A DNA stretch of 63,470 nucleotides, the filler included, from Octopus bimaculoides (Eukaryota): the NCBI RefSeq assembly GCF_001194135.2. It is 8 parts of 7 records of this genome, joined end to end, with 100 filler letters (N's around TTAATTAATTAA, not from the genome) between each part and the next. Parts side by side here need not be neighbours in the genome. Positions count along the whole stretch, not along the records: positions 8,017 to 37,311 come from NC_068982.1; 7 more parts are not named here. One strand, given 5' to 3'. The notes below the pieces were generated by a model, which had not been told where the DNA came from, did not search any database, and worked only from the letters and a program-made list of their open reading frames with translations. Both the position numbers and the translations under genes were made by a program. Every line of letters begins with the position of its first letter. Position 1 is the stretch's first letter. Positions 12,347-27,135 of the stretch are shown here, in pieces.

Positions 12347-14857
12347 ATACCACTACCACCACCACCACCACCACCACCACCACGACCACTACAACTTTCT
12401 AACTTTGCCACTAGGTCAGTAAGTTTAAGGGGAGGGGTATGTTGATTACATTGACTCCACTAGTTGATTGGTACTTTATTTTATCAACCCTGAAAGGATA
12501 AAAGACAAAGTCAACCTCAGCAGAATTTGAACTCAGAATATAAAGCCAAAAGAAATACTACCAAGCATTTTGTTTGGTGTGCTAATGATTCTGCCATTTC
12601 ACTACCTTAAAGCTGAATATTACCCTCTAGGGTACTTTGGGGTATTTGTTGCACTTGTCTCTTCTCTCACATGTCTTTGCTGCTTTATCCTTCTGAACTC
12701 AAACTAAACATTTCATTTAATCACTTTGTCTCAGAATCTCTGCTTTCTGAAATTTTTATCCTGTCTGTTTTCCTTACATGTCTGTACATGAAATTCAATG
12801 TTGAATATTAACAACATCGATTGCAGCTGTCTGGGAGGGCTTCCTTGGCAAATTAATCAAAAATTCAATCATTACAACAGAGATTATATCAAGTTATTGA
12901 TAAATGTCTATAATAAACTTGAAAAATCAACTCCACTACAAAACTTAAGATGTAAGAATAGAGTATAAATTATCTCCTCAAACATTCAATTCTTGATAGA
13001 ACTCTTCCTTCTCAAATTCTCCCTCTCCAGTTTTGTTTTGCTCCAGTAAAACCATTCTCTCCCACCACCCAGTGGAATATTGACCAGCTTAACTGAAATT
13101 TGCCAAAGAGCAATGATAATCACTTATTTGCCTTATTTGCCAAATACAAAGAAAGTAGGAGATTAATTTAGCAGATCAATTAAGTATGTTCAGTGGAGAT
13201 GAGACTTTGTTCAAGTATGAATCGGATTTTATAATTTTTTTCCCCACAAGAGAATTCTATAGCATGCAGGGTTTTATTTGTAACACTTGGGAAAACAGTG
13301 TAGTTTATAGAATGGAACAAATTAGTAGAGTGGCTGCTTTTGGTGCCAAGGATCAAGATGGCAACATTTTATCAATCCAATATAACATCAAAGTTCTAAT
13401 TCAAAGAATAAAAAGAGATAAATGAAATGGATTTGCATTCAAAGGAAAAGTTTTGGAAATAATTTGCATATCATAAAATTGCTATATAAAACAGAATTGA
13501 GAATAAATTCACACCAATCATAAGAGAGACATTACAAATGTTTCTATTAGTTTTTCTTTTTTTTTTCCTCTTTTTTTTTTTTAAAATTCATAGTTAGAAT
13601 CTTAAATTTTAATCATCTTGCATGTTCTCAAATAAAACCATTCACAGAATACAATAAACGAGAAAACTGAAGATTTACATGTTTTAATTTCCTGACTAGT
13701 ACTTATTTATTAAGAAGTTGGATAAGATATCATGTGTTGGAACTAAAACAATTGTATTGCGGTAGAGTCACACTTATCATTAAAACCACCTACATTTATA
13801 ATCTGGTCATTGATAATCTTCTTTGAACTGAATATTGTGAAATATAGAGTATCAGTGATCAAGTCATAGAAATATGATGAAAGGACTTTGAAATCTAATG
13901 ATATAATAATATAATAATAAAATGTGATAGTTTATGGGTATTTTTAATAGCTAATATGGCTTTACCACTGTGTAGGTGTATGTTTCAAATTATCCTTACA
14001 ATCATCATCATCATTGTCATCATCATTGCTGTTGTTGTTGTCATCATCGTTGTCGTCGTCATCATTGTTATCATCATCATAATTACCATCATCGCCACAC
14101 CTCACACCATCACACTGGCTTTTCAGATTATGTGGCAGATTTGCAACGGTGCTATGAAGTAGAGCATGTTTCAGCTCAACTTATTTAATTTTCCTTTGCC
14201 AATCACGCCATATCCTTTCTGAACAGAATGCCTCGAATCATTCTAATTTACTCCAACCTCCACTTGACTCACATTTATTCCTCAGTATTTAAGTTGTATT
14301 TTAAGCAGATTTTGTATCTTTCTTAAGATTACTTTGCAGTCTGGAAGGATATCAATAAAAGTGATAAAAATAAAGTTTAGAGCAATACTATAATGATATA
14401 TAAGTACAGCTAATATGAAGAGATACTCGAAGGTAAAATTCAAGTGGCATATCGAAGTAAATGGATAATATATTTTATATCTTCTCTGAATACAATCATG
14501 TTTCTAGCTGTCAGGCAGTCATAAAATATATGGATATATGATACTTCATTTACAAGGAAAAGTTCGTATCCACAAAAATAAAGTATATATAATATATTTA
14601 GTTCAATGTATAATTTAATTTTCTTTTCAAGTGTCTTCATTTAAGCTGTACTCAGAGTCAAAAAATACTTCAGCTCAGAGCAGTTGCCAAGTACATTTCA
14701 AGCACAAATACATGGTATATTTGGTATATACTATACTGTAAATTACTTGGTGCCTCTGTGATTGCTCCACCTGGTAGAAATAGCAGCTAGATCTCACATT
14801 TCACTAGCTTTAAAAACATGCAATATATAATGTAGTCCAGGAGTACTGCAGCTCCTG

Positions 14858-14862
14858 AACAA

Positions 14863-14925
<63 letters not shown>

Positions 14926-14926
14926 C

Positions 14927-14982
<56 letters not shown>
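14858..14982. repeat. Compound (CAG)n(CAA)n microsatellite
   Basis: Seen directly. It is the source of the poly-L and poly-V/A pseudo-ORFs. Confidence 0.97.
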
Positions 14983-15029
14983 GATGACCATTGTTTTTAT
15001 GCTGTTGATTATTGGTTTGCTTGATCAGA

Positions 15030-15130
15030 GCCAATCTGGAGCTGTGGAATGGCATCCCACAAGGCGAGGCATTGGCACCTTTCATATTTTGTCCTGATTC
15101 TAGACTATGCCAAGACTATGAGGAACTGGT
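15030..15130 (+). mobile_element. LINE reverse-transcriptase fragment (frameshifted)
   Basis: GIPQGEALAPFIF/VLILDYA matches the RT motif G(V/I)PQG..LAP.LF...LDY. Confidence 0.6.
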
Positions 15131-15195
15131 CTTCGCTAGGACGTTCTTGAAGGTTGGTTGGTTTAACCAAATACTTCACTGGCTCTTATTTTATT

Positions 15196-15508
15196 TTATA
15201 TATATGCGCCCTTCTAAAGCCTAGCCAGGCTCATGAGCCTGGTTCCTTGGTTTCTATGGCGTATGTGTTTCCCCCAGCTGGACGGGACGCCAGTCCATTG
15301 CAACATTACTCAAGAAACAGGAAGAAAGTGTGAGAGAGAGTTGGGGTGAAAGAGTACAACAGGGGTCGCCATCATCCCCTGCCGGAGCCTCGTGGAACTT
15401 TAGGTGTTTTCGCTCAATAAACATTCACAACGCCCGGCCTGGAAATCAAAACCGCGATCCTCCGACCGCAAGTCCGCTGCCCTAACCACTGGGCCATTGT
15501 GCCTCCAC
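15196..15508 (-). mobile_element. SINE family C, tail type 2, with 15-bp TSD
   Basis: Same head as type 1 but a different 3' half (..CTGCGATGGACTGGCGTCCCGTCCAGCTGGGG..). TSD GGCTCTTATTTTATT at 15181-15195 and 15509-15523. Second copy at 22880-23230(+) with TSD TATATATACATAC. Confidence 0.85.
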
Positions 15509-17351
15509 GGCTCTTATTTTATTGATTCCAAAAGAAAGCCGTATATCCCTTTGGCATTCAGATTTCTTTGCTAAATATATTGCTTATCTATTCACATTGT
15601 TTTGAATTAATCACACATTATCTTGTAGTTTCAATATTTAATTGGTGTGTTTGTATATTTTACACCTACCCTACAATGTCATCGTTGTAAGGAAGGTGTG
15701 AGAAGTTGGATCTGTTCAGTTTGAACTTAAAATAAGTAGAATATTTCGGCTGGATATAACTAATTTAAATGCTAAAGGGATATAAAGATTAACTCATACT
15801 CATACTAACTTCTCTTAGCTTAGCACCCCCTGTTTCTTCCCAACACTACACTTTACTCTCCCTTTTCCTCTTCCCAACCTCTCCTACTAACAGTGTACCC
15901 TGTTGTCTCTTTGTACTAAAGATTTTTTTATATGACTCTTATTAAATAAATTAGTCATTTGGCTGACTTATGTATTGTTCTACTGAGTACACGGTTTATT
16001 TTAAAGGAGGAGAAGTAGGATGATGTGACTTTTATATATATTTCTAAATACATTGAAATCATTGCAGTCTGAGTTCACTAAGAACTTAGTTATTTCTTGT
16101 TCTACAGTATTTGCTATTATGGCACTCACCAATATTGGTTCTAATAAATCAGTCAAGAAAGCCACACTCAATCCAGGCCTGTCCAGACTGGTTAGATAAA
16201 TGCAGTTGTTATCCAATTGGAATATTTGTAGGTCAATGCAGGAAAATATTATGGACTCTGGGAGAATTCCAGAAGGTTGCAGTCCTGAGAAAGAAATATT
16301 GAGACATGAATTCAGTATGGTGTGTGACAGGTAGAACACAGAGCTGATAAAGAAAGAGATAAAAGATGAGTGAGTTTAGATGGATGGAGAGAGAGAGAGA
16401 GAGAGAGTGTATGAAAACAGTTAGCTCAGAAAAACAGATGCCATTGTAGTAGTAATGGAAGAAACAGTGACATTGTGCAAATATTAATTAACAGATTAAA
16501 AATTTCACCAAAATACAGTTTATTTGGAATTGAAGATGTTAAAAATAAACAGTAGACAAAAATGAAAAGAAACAAAAAAATAACTCTCTTTTCAATTGAC
16601 GGTTTAGTTTAAGATAAAACATTTTATTATTAGCTTTTCAAGAAAATACTGCAAGGAACTTTGAAAAATAAAAGAAAAAAGAAAAAGAGAAAAAAAAACA
16701 AAAGGAAAGAAAATACATTGTACTCGATCAGCTTCAGCTAAACAAAAAAAAATATTTTCTGCTGTGGTTGTTTTAAGAATTTTGTTGTTGTTTTATTTTC
16801 ATTTGGTTAATTTACCCACATAAATACTCTTTATTGATTTCAACGGGCCTTTTTCTGAGGTAGTTATTTAAGATTATGACGGAATTTTAATGGCATAAAT
16901 AATTGTTTGATCCTGGTGATAATATATTTGCCAAAGTTTTACACATGGGAATTGTCTAGTGAATTTTCCATTCAAAATTTCTATTTCATTTGATATAATA
17001 GTATTAATAGTATTGATCTTTTGATTTTATAAGCAGCAAGACAAAACTAGTCAATAAGGTAACCTTAAGCAATAACAGCCAAATATCCCTCAGATCATAC
17101 TCAACCTTTTTTAAAAAAGGGAAGGATATTGATGAGTGTGGTGCAGATGCACTTTTCTTTTTTTTTCATTTTCACTTGTTTTAGTCATTAGACTGTGGTC
17201 ATGCTGGGGCACTACCTTGAAGAATCTTTAGTTGAATGAATCAACCCTAATACTTTTTCTTTTTAAAGCCTGTTCTTATTCTGTCAGTCTCTGATTACCA
17301 TTTAAGTACTAGGGTCGATGGTACTTCTCTTCAAAATTGCTACCCTAGTGC

Positions 17352-18345
17352 ATCATCATCATCATCATCATTTAGCGTCCATTGTCCATGCTGGCATGAG
17401 TTGGATGGTTTGACCGGGCTAGCATGCTGGAAAGCTGCACCCAACTCCAGTCTGATTTAGCATGGTTTTCTACAGCTGGATGCCCTTCCTAATGCCAACT
17501 ACTTCGAGAGTGTAATGGGTACTTTTACATATCACCAGCACAGGTGCCCTTTGCGTGATACCAGGGTGCTTTTACATGCCAATTTGTATGACACTGGTAT
17601 CTGCCATGACTGCGATTTTGCTCAGCTTGATGGATCTTCTTCTCAAGCATGACCTAATGCCAAATGTCTCAGTCATTGCCTCCGTGAGGCCCAACACTTG
17701 AAAGGAACTCAGCCACTTTGCCTCTGTGAAGCCCAATGCTTGAAACGTGTTCTTTACATGCCACCAGCATGGGTGCACTTGGCTTGATGGGTTCTCTCAA
17801 GCACAGCACATCGCCAAAGGTCTCAGTCACTGGTCATTGCCTCTGTGAGGCTCAGAGTTCAAAGATCATGCTTCACCACCTTGTTTCATGTCTTCCTGGG
17901 TCTACCTCTACCACAGGTTCCCTCCACATTTAGAGATCAGCACTTCTTTACACAGCTGTCCTTGTCCATATGCATCATGTGACCATACCAGCACAGTCAT
18001 CTCTCTTGCACACCATATCTTATTCATCTTATGCCTAACTTTTCTCTCAAGATGCTTACACTCTGTTGAACATGCACACTGACATTGTACACACAGCAAA
18101 GCATACTGGCTTCATTTCTTTCAAGCCTACACATGTCCTTGGCTGTCACAGCCCATGTTTCACTGCCATGCAGCATATCTGTTCACACACAGGCATCAAA
18201 CAATCGGCCTTTCACTCTGAGAGAGAGGCCTTTTGTTGCCAGCAGGGGTAGGAGCTCCTTGAACTTTGCCCATCTTAATCTTATTCTCACAGCTATGCTC
18301 TTGGAACATCCACCTCCACTGCTAACTTGGTCATTTAGATAAAAG
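17352..18345 (-). mobile_element. RTE-clade LINE, 3' portion with UTR and (GAT)n tail
   Basis: Decayed ORF ..IRLRWAKFKELLPLLATKGLSLRVKGRLFDACV..LHGSETWAV..RLERNEASML..WYGHMM..GRGRPRKTW. The same 3' UTR with (GAT)n tail recurs at 1361-1610, 8884-9072, 33900-34240 and 53731-53772. Confidence 0.88.
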
Positions 18346-19019
18346 AAGCTATCTAATACATCTAACTTGCCCCCTGGCAGTTGATAGAATCTATTTTCTG
18401 TCCATGTTCAACTTAAATTGCAAGTTATTAAGAGTGTTTGATTAGTAGAACCATTGGAACACCAGAAAAAATGCTTCATAGTATTTCTCCTGAATTTTTA
18501 TGTTTTGAGTTCAAATCCCAGTGAGGTCACCTTTGCCTTTCATTACTCAGGGGGTCAATAAAATGAAGTAGAAGTCAAATGCTGGGGATTATTTAAATGA
18601 TAAATTCCTCCCCTTGAAATTACTGGCCTTGTGCTTAAATCAGTCATTATATACAGAGTTGTGGGTTGGTAGAATTGTTAGAGCATCAGGAAAAAAATAC
18701 CTTGCAGTATTTGCTTTGGCTCTTTACATTCTGAGTTAAAATCCTGCTGAGAGCAACTTTGCCTTTCATCCATCTGAGATCAAATAAAGTGCTAGTCAAA
18801 TACTGGAGTCAATGATTATTGACTATTCCCACACCCCTCCAAATCTGGCCTTGTGTCTAAATCAGGAACAACAACTACTACTACTACTACTACTACCAGC
18901 ACTACCAGCACCACCAGCGCCAGCACCCCCAGCGCCACCACCACCACCACCACCACCACCACCACCACTACTACTACCACCACCTTTATTCTTTCTTTTC
19001 CTGGGTTATCTATGTCACG

Positions 19020-19245
19020 CTTCAGCTCCTTTCTACAGCTTAGAGATGCAACATTTCTCTAAGGACATGTGCAGTTCTGAATATTGCTGCCAACAGTGTA
19101 ATTCCTATGAAGCTTGGTATTTTCAGCTTTACATGCCAAACTATTGCTTTCTTTGATACGGTCCCAAGTGCACCAATCATGATAGGCATCACCCTGACTT
19201 TTGAGGCTCTGTGGGTGCATTTCACTTCCAATGTTACGTCTTGGA
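19020..19245 (-). mobile_element. R4/Dong-like RLE non-LTR retrotransposon, 3' remnant
   Basis: KVRVMPIMIGALGTVSKK...AIFRTAHVLREML matches the C-terminus of RLE-type ORFs (P..IGALG...K.ALLGTA.ILR). Confidence 0.7.
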
Positions 19246-19593
19246 ACTTTTAGACTTTCTTGTTCTCCGCTTTCACAACATTCTGATCTACAGGTGGCAT
19301 GCTGATGCTCATGCTACCTATTGAGACATTCTATCCCATACTTCTTACATAACTCATAGTGTATTCGCAATATCATTTTGTCATGGCATATTTTGTACTC
19401 CTTTTGGGCCAGTTTTGAGCATCCATTAATTGTATGTCTAAATGTCTCAGATGATTTTCCCCACATTCTACACAAATGTGAAACTACTGCTTTTGATTGA
19501 ATTGATTCATAAAGCTTGTTCTTTTGCAGTAAAGATCAATTCTTTTGTCTCCTTAGTAAAGTGTGGCTTAGTGGTTAGGATAATCAGCACACA

Positions 19594-19988
19594 GTGGAGG
19601 CGCAATGGCCCAGTGGTTAGGGCAGTGGACTCGCTGTCATTGGATCGCAGTTTTGATTCCCAGACCGGGCGTTGTGAGTGTCTATTGAGCAAAAACACCT
19701 AAAGCTCCACAAAGCTTCAGCAGCGGGTGGTGGCGAACCCTGCTGTACTCTTTCACCACAACTTTCTCTCACTCTTATTTCCTGTTTCTGTTGTGCCTGT
19801 AATTGAAAGGGTCAGCCTTGTCACACTGTGTCACACTGAATATCCCCGAGAACTACGTTAAGGGTACACGTGTCTATGGAGTGCTCAGCCACTTGCACGT
19901 TAATTTCACGAGCAGGCTGTTCCGTTGATCGGATCGACTGGAACCCTCAACGTCGTAAGCAACAGAGTGCCAACAACAACAACAACAA
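19594..19988 (+). mobile_element. SINE family C (type 1) nested inside the head of a family E SINE (host about 19560-20280)
   Basis: Flanked by AATCAGC(A/T)CACA on both sides and has an (AAC)n tail. The host head GTGTGGCTTAGTGGTTAGG resumes after the insert and matches the uninterrupted copy at 38636-38950. Confidence 0.8.
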
Positions 19989-22900
19989 TCAGCTCACAAT
20001 CATAAGGTTGTGAGTTCAATACCTGGTAATGCATTGTATCTTTGAGCAAGACACTTTATTTCATGTTGTTCCAGTCCACTCAGTTGGTAAAAATGAGTTG
20101 TACCTGTAATTCAAAGGGTCAGTCTTGTCACATTCCATGTCATGCTGAATCTCTCTGACAACTACATTAAGGGTACACATGTTTGTGGAGTGCTCAGCCA
20201 CTTGCTCATTAATTTCATAAGCAGGCTGTCCCATTGATTGGATCAACTGGAACCCCCATCATTGTAACTGATGGAGTGCGTTAAAAATCCATGTCTTAGT
20301 CATCTACAAGAGAGTTTTACTCATCATACGACAGGTAACTTAGGAAATATACTTTTGCCACCATGTGTTATATCAGAAAATATGGCAAACATACAGTAAT
20401 TATAATTTAACTTTTATCAGATTTGCTCCTTTTTCTTTCCTGTGCTAATCTCCATTGCCTTCCTTGTTTAGTTACTTCCATTTTGAAAATTCATAAAACA
20501 ATTAATTGAAAAAACTTTACACATAACCCTCAGTAATGTTTGTTTTGCTTCATAATATGGTCCAAATTTTGTAAATATGATGTGCTTGTTTAGAGATGGT
20601 AGATAAGCTGTTTAGAGTTTTTAAACATTTGCAAAGCCATAATTCCTGTTAACTGAAAAGGAAAACAAAATTTAAAGGTAGGATAAAATCAACTTTTGCT
20701 TCTTTTCTTGTTGAGTATTCAACCACTGAAAAATTCTACTTGGTGCAACAATATATCTGCTGTCTTAAGCTCTTGTGACACCCACTCATTCTGTTTTTAG
20801 CTGCCTGACTGCTATACTGAAACCAAAAAGAAACAATGAAATACTAAAGTACGATGGTCTATTTTGTTTCTGAAATATACAGTAAAATGATAATTAAGTT
20901 TGTTTAATTAACCTCTGTAATCTCCTGTATTATTTACACTATACATATGGAATTCCCAAAGTTTATTTTTGTACATACATATTATATATATATATATATA
21001 TAGTTGGAATTTATAAAAAAACAAACAAAACAAAAGACGACGACGGGTGTGTAAACAACAAACAAATGTATTAGTTTAATGCTCAGGAAGTGAGAAAGTC
21101 TTTTATGTTTCGAACCTACGCTNNNNNNNNNNNNNNNNNNNNNNNNNNNNNNNNNNNNNNNNNNNNNNNNNNNNNNNNNNNNNNNNNNNNNNNNNNNNNN
21201 NNNNNNNNNNNNNNNNNNNNNNNNNNNNNNNNNNNNNNNNNNNNNNNNNNNNNNNNNNNNNNNNNNNNNNNNNNNNNNNNNNNNNNNNNNNNNNNNNNNN
21301 NNNNNNNNNNNNNNNNNNNNNNNNNNNNNNNNNNNNNNNNNNNNNNNNNNNNNNNNNNNNNNNNNNNNNNNNNNNNNNNNNNNNNNNNNNNNNNNNNNNN
21401 NNNNNNNNNNNNNNNNNNNNNNNNNNNNNNNNNNNNNNNNNNNNNNNNNNNNNNNNNNNNNNNNNNNNNNNNNNNNNNNNNNNNNNNNNNNNNNNNNNNN
21501 NNNNNNNNNNNNNNNNNNNNNNNNNNNNNNNNNNNNNNNNNNNNNNNNNNNNNNNNNNNNNNNNNNNNNNNNNNNNNNNNNNNNNNNNNNNNNNNNNNNN
21601 NNNNNTGGGGGTGGGGGTGGGGGTTCTGATCTTTCTCCTCTTCCTATTTTCATTTCTTTATTTATCTTTCTAAAATGCATATTTTTAAATGACATTTTAG
21701 AGATATACACTTTCAAAAATGAAGATTACACTATGTTGATAATACAAACATAAATCTGACAGAAAAGTGAAAAATGCTAAATTTACAAAATTATACATAC
21801 ATACATAATGCATACATACATACATACATACATGCATGCATACATACATGCATACATACATACATACATGCATACATACATACTTATACACACATGCATA
21901 CACATTTGCATATTTATGTGTATGTATGTATACACATTCAATAAAACTGAAATCACAGTCAATAAAATTATTCTATGCTTGTNNNNNNNNNNTGTATGTA
22001 TACACATTCAATAAAACTGAAATCACAGTCAATAAAATTATTCTATGCTTGTGTAAGTGTATATAAAACTCATAACCTCCAGTATGCAAATGCATGGACA
22101 CATACAGATACACACATACACATATATATGCAGTTAAATGCTTAAATATATGCATGATAAAGCAATAAACAAAATCCTGCTGAGATGGGAGACTGTGAAG
22201 TGCCTCTATATTTTTAGAAATAGCAGTGAAATCTCTATCATTTCATGTCCAGCCCTTCCAAAGGATAGCTCATTGGAAATTTGATGGAGTGGTCAGGATT
22301 GGAATGTTTTTTACCATTGGCTGACTCAGTCAGATGTTGACCTGTGGCTGAACAGTTCTTTCTACTATGAGCACAAGACCTGAAATGTTTGTGGGAGGGG
22401 AATAGTTGACTACATCAACCCCAGAGTTTGACTGGTACTTATTTTATCAACCCTGAAAGGATAAAAGGCAAAGTCAACCTCAGTGGAATTTGAACTCAGC
22501 ATCTAAAGATAGACAAAAGGCTGCTAAGCGTTTTGTCTAGCATGCTAACGATCCTGTCAGCTCAGTGTCTTCTTGTGGTTAAATAATAGCATAAGCAAAT
22601 TCATATGAAACACACATGCATATATGTACGTGTATATATAGGTATACATTCAGACACATATACACATGCACAAACAATGTGGAAGAAATCGTAACATCAA
22701 CATGTTTACTGCAAACAATATTGCTGTGCTAGCCATTACACCGAAACCACATAGCTGTTCTTGATTGACTACACTAATAAACTTAAATTAACTTGCTGTA
22801 ATGACATACTAGGGACCCATCAGTGGGGACCTCAGTCTATACAGTATTCAGCATATTTTATTATACTATATATACATACGTGGAGGCGCAATGGCCCAGC

Positions 22901-24212
22901 AGTTAGGGCAGCGGATTTGCGGTCGGAGGATTGTGGTTTCGATTCCCAGACCGGGCGTTGTGAGTGTTTATTGAGCGAAAATACCTAAGCTCCACGAGGC
23001 TCTGGCAGGGGGTGGTGGCGACNNNNNNNNNNTCCACGAGGCTCTGGCAGGGGGTGGTGGCGACCCCTGTTGTATTCTTTCGCCCCAACTTTCTCTCACT
23101 CTTTCTTCCTCTTTCTCGAGTAACGCTGCGATGGACTGGTGTCCCGTCCAGCTGGGGGGAACACATACGCCATAGAAACCAGGAAACCGAACCCATGAGC
23201 CTGGCTAGGCTTTGAAAGGGCGACGTTTTTTATATATACATACACAGACACACAAACACACACAAACACACACATACATGTATAATATAGAAAAATATTG
23301 TGACATCACTGTGGTAACTAGACATGCATGAACCTCTCAAGGCAGATCTTAAAGTCAATCTAATCAAAACACTTATTCACTGATAGAAAATTAGAATTTA
23401 GTTGTGGCTATTATCAAATTTTACTCAAAATAAATGGAATGCATGAATCTCAAACATCTAATTTGTAAGTCATTTCACACACATAAATATGCAATCACTA
23501 ACACACACACATAAACACACATTAATGTGTGTGAGTGAGTGTGTGTGTGTGTGTATATGTGTATACATACATACATGTATACACACACACACACACATAC
23601 GTACGTGTGTGTGTGCTTATATTTGTGTGTGGAAACACAGTCAGTTTTGAATATATTTGTAGGCAAGCATTTTATACCATTTCAAATACACATCTATACA
23701 TCCACTGTGAATAAGATAAGAAGTTATTTTTGTATGCAAACTTAATCATTCCTTCCTTCTTCCTAAGTATGAGGAAAGCTTTGCAGGAAATATCTTACCA
23801 TATGCAACTTGTGTGATATCTTTTCAGGCATAAATAAAGAAAAAAAAAAAAATGAAATTAAATCTCAGATATCTCTCATGAATACATGAATACTATTCAT
23901 CAAAACGTTCTCTCTTAATTTCAATAACTTTCTAAGGCATGGTAGGAATGACTCTACTACAAATTCCTTCAGTGAATTCTTTTTTGTTTTTTTATTTGAT
24001 AACTAATATTGATGATGATGATAATAACGGTTTCAAATTTTGGCACAAGGCCAGTAATTTTGGGTGAGGAGCAAATTGATTATATTAACTCTAGTAACTC
24101 AACTGGTACTTATTTTTTCTCAAACCTGAAAGGATCAAAAGCAAAGTCGCCTTCAGCAGAATTTGAATGTAGGGCATAAAGAGCCAGAAGAAATTTTGCT
24201 AACCATTTTGTT

Positions 24213-24257
<45 letters not shown>

Positions 24258-24816
24258 TAATAATAATAATAAACTGATTGAAAATGTTATGTACAGCTGA
24301 TTGGAAGTGTTATATCATGTACATGTTTTGTTTTGGTATAGAAAGATGGGCTACAGAATGTATTCTGCTCAGTATTACAGATCTGCTTGTCAGTTGCTTG
24401 ACCTTAACCAGATGAGCATGTCCCTTAGTGGCTGATGATATGTGCATCTCTGATCACAAGTAGAAGTAGTGAGGGAAGCGTCATAGCCATGTGTTGAGAG
24501 GGATCCTTTAGGGTTTGAATAATTCACATTTGGAAGCATGGGTGTTTTGTTCAACATTCTTAAACAATCCTTATTCAGGGACTTTTTGAGTGGGATGGGC
24601 TACTTGACCTGAAAAGAAATTCTAACTTAGGCTCACCTGCAAGGTCATATGCTGTTTATCTTGATATGAAATCGCCATATCGTGCACATATGGTTGGGAT
24701 GCATGTGCCTGGTATACCCTTATCAGACAGTTAGTTATGATGGGTATACTGAGCTTCATATATTTTATCCCAGTGTCACTTTGATGGCATGCACTGCCCT
24801 CTCATACAACAACAAC

Positions 24817-24881
<65 letters not shown>

Positions 24882-25481
24882 TAACAACGATAATAGTAAA
24901 GATTGTTTTAACTGGTACATCAGATGTATTGAGAAGAAAATGGTTGCTGTGAAAATGATTACACCCCATGAAAAAATTTTCTTTTGTTTATTTTCTTTTT
25001 CTTTTCCTTTCCTTTCTTTCACATACTCTTTTACTCTTTGAACCGCTAAGTTATGGGGACGTAAACACACCAGCATCGGTTGTCAAGCGATGTTGGGACG
25101 ACAAACACAGAGACACAAACATATACACACACACATACATATATATTCATATACGACGAGCTTCTTCCAGTTTCCGTCTACCAAATCCACTCACAAAGCT
25201 TTGGGTGGCCCGAGGCCATAATAGAAAACACTTGCCCAAGGTGCCACGCAGTGGGACTAAACCCAGAACCATGTGGTTGGTAAGCAAGCTACTTACCACA
25301 CAGCCACTCCTGCACCTACCACACAGCCACTCCTGCACCTACCACACAGCCACTTCTACGCCTTGACTTTGTAAATGAATAATCTGGTGTGTTTATTTTA
25401 ATGACCTATCAATGTATATGGGTGTTTGGAAGTTTTTCAGCAAGAAATGGAAACAAAATTGAAGGAGGAAGAAAATCTCAC

Positions 25482-25523
<42 letters not shown>

Positions 25524-26029
25524 TAATAATAATAATAATAAATGTGAAAGTCTTGTGGTTAGTAGCTAGGTGTGGGAGTGGCTATGTGGTAAGTAGCTTG
25601 CTTACGAACCACATGGTTCCGGGTTCAGTCCCACTGCGTGGTACCTTGGGCAAGTGTCTTCTACTATAGCCTCGGGCCGACCAAAGCCTTGTGAGTGGAT
25701 TTGGTAGACGGAAACTGAAAGAAGCCCATTGTATATATGTATATATATATATGTATGTGTGTGTATATGTTTGTGTGTCTGTGTTTGCTGGTGTGTTTAC
25801 GTCCCCGTAACCGAGAGGTTCGGCAAAAGAGACCAATAGAATAAATACTAGGCTTACAAAGAATAAGTCCTGGGGTCGATTTGCTCGACTAAAGGCAGTG
25901 CTCCAGCATGGCCACAGTCAAATGACTGAAACAAGTAAAGGAGTAAAAGAGAGAAAGAGTACAAGTGCAGACATGACAAGGTAGTCCAAAACCTTCACTG
26001 GCTACTATGCTGGAAGTATGAATATGAGG

Positions 26030-26547
26030 TAATGGGTGCTTGGTACCAACAGACACTGGAAAAGGGAATGGATGAAAAAGAGAAGGCAAAAATCCACTGG
26101 GACTTTGACTTCCAGAAAAACAAGGTGTTAGAGCACCAAAGGCCAGATATAGTAACGTTTAAGAGGGACAAGCAATAATCAATGGAGCAGTGCCAGAAGA
26201 TCAACATATTAACATGAAAGAAAGAGAAAAGATTGGTAGATATGGAGAACTGAGAATTGAGATCGCTAAGATGTGCCAGCTACGAGAGTCAAACATAAAG
26301 GTCATCCCTATTGACATCGGAGCATTGGTTTCAATACCACCCAACCTGAAGAAACATCTGGAAACTTTAGAAATATCCTACAATTCAGGTGTATTGCAAA
26401 AATTGGCATTACTTGGAACTGCATGCATATTGCATAAAATACTAGCTGTTTGAGGTCATTGTTGTGATTTAACAGACAGTACAAACTCCCAGTAGACACA
26501 ATATCTTCAATCAACAACATCATGATATTGGATACTGTATTACATCT
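26030..26547 (+). mobile_element. R4/Dong-like RLE non-LTR retrotransposon, 3' fragment ending in (TAA)n
   Basis: KAKIHWDFDFQKNKVLEHQRPDIV..; PEDQHINMKEREKIGRYGELRIEIAKM...VIPIDIGALVSIP...LQKLALLGTACILHKIL*. Shows the PD-(D/E)xK-type endonuclease pattern. Confidence 0.88.
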
Positions 26548-26750
<203 letters not shown>

Positions 26751-27135
26751 AAATAAAACTTGTTGCATGTTTGGGCTGACAGTGACTAATCTGATAACTG
26801 CATGAAGCTTACTTCGCGAGGAAAGTAATTTCAGACATCTTACTGGTCAAGAGATAAGAACTATCAAAAGGCAGATGAAAACAAAGGAGTCAATGGTCAT
26901 GAAATACAGTATACATATGCACATTAAATATGTGTCTGCATGTTTAGAGATATGTTTGCATTTTATTCAGGTGATGCCTGAAAAATATAAGCTTCATTGC
27001 CAAGGATTTCAAGTTGCTGGCAACAGACTAATGCGGGCAATTGGTAAGTGTAGGAACATACTGCTGGAAGATTAAATGTCATGATGCAGAGCAAACATTT
27101 GATATGATGTTTTATATCGTCCATACACCAAGTTA

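Noticed and set aside
13186-13425. 79-aa + ORF (..RMEQISRVAAFGAKDQDGNILSIQ..)
   Set aside because: No recognisable domain or clear exon boundaries, so it cannot be supported from sequence alone.
14858-14982. Possible polyglutamine exon
   Set aside because: The Q frame has an upstream in-frame TAG, no start codon, no convincing donor and no recognisable flanking domain.
15110-15162. DYEELVFARTFLKV as the missing LIMK subdomain II/III exon
   Set aside because: Wrong strand, and better explained as a frameshifted LINE RT motif (GIPQG..LAP..LDY).
21983-21992. Short direct duplications around 10-N gaps (also about 23023, 59298, 59526, 59837, 60112, 61824)
   Set aside because: Identical sequence on both sides of a fixed 10-N gap indicates unmerged contig overlaps.
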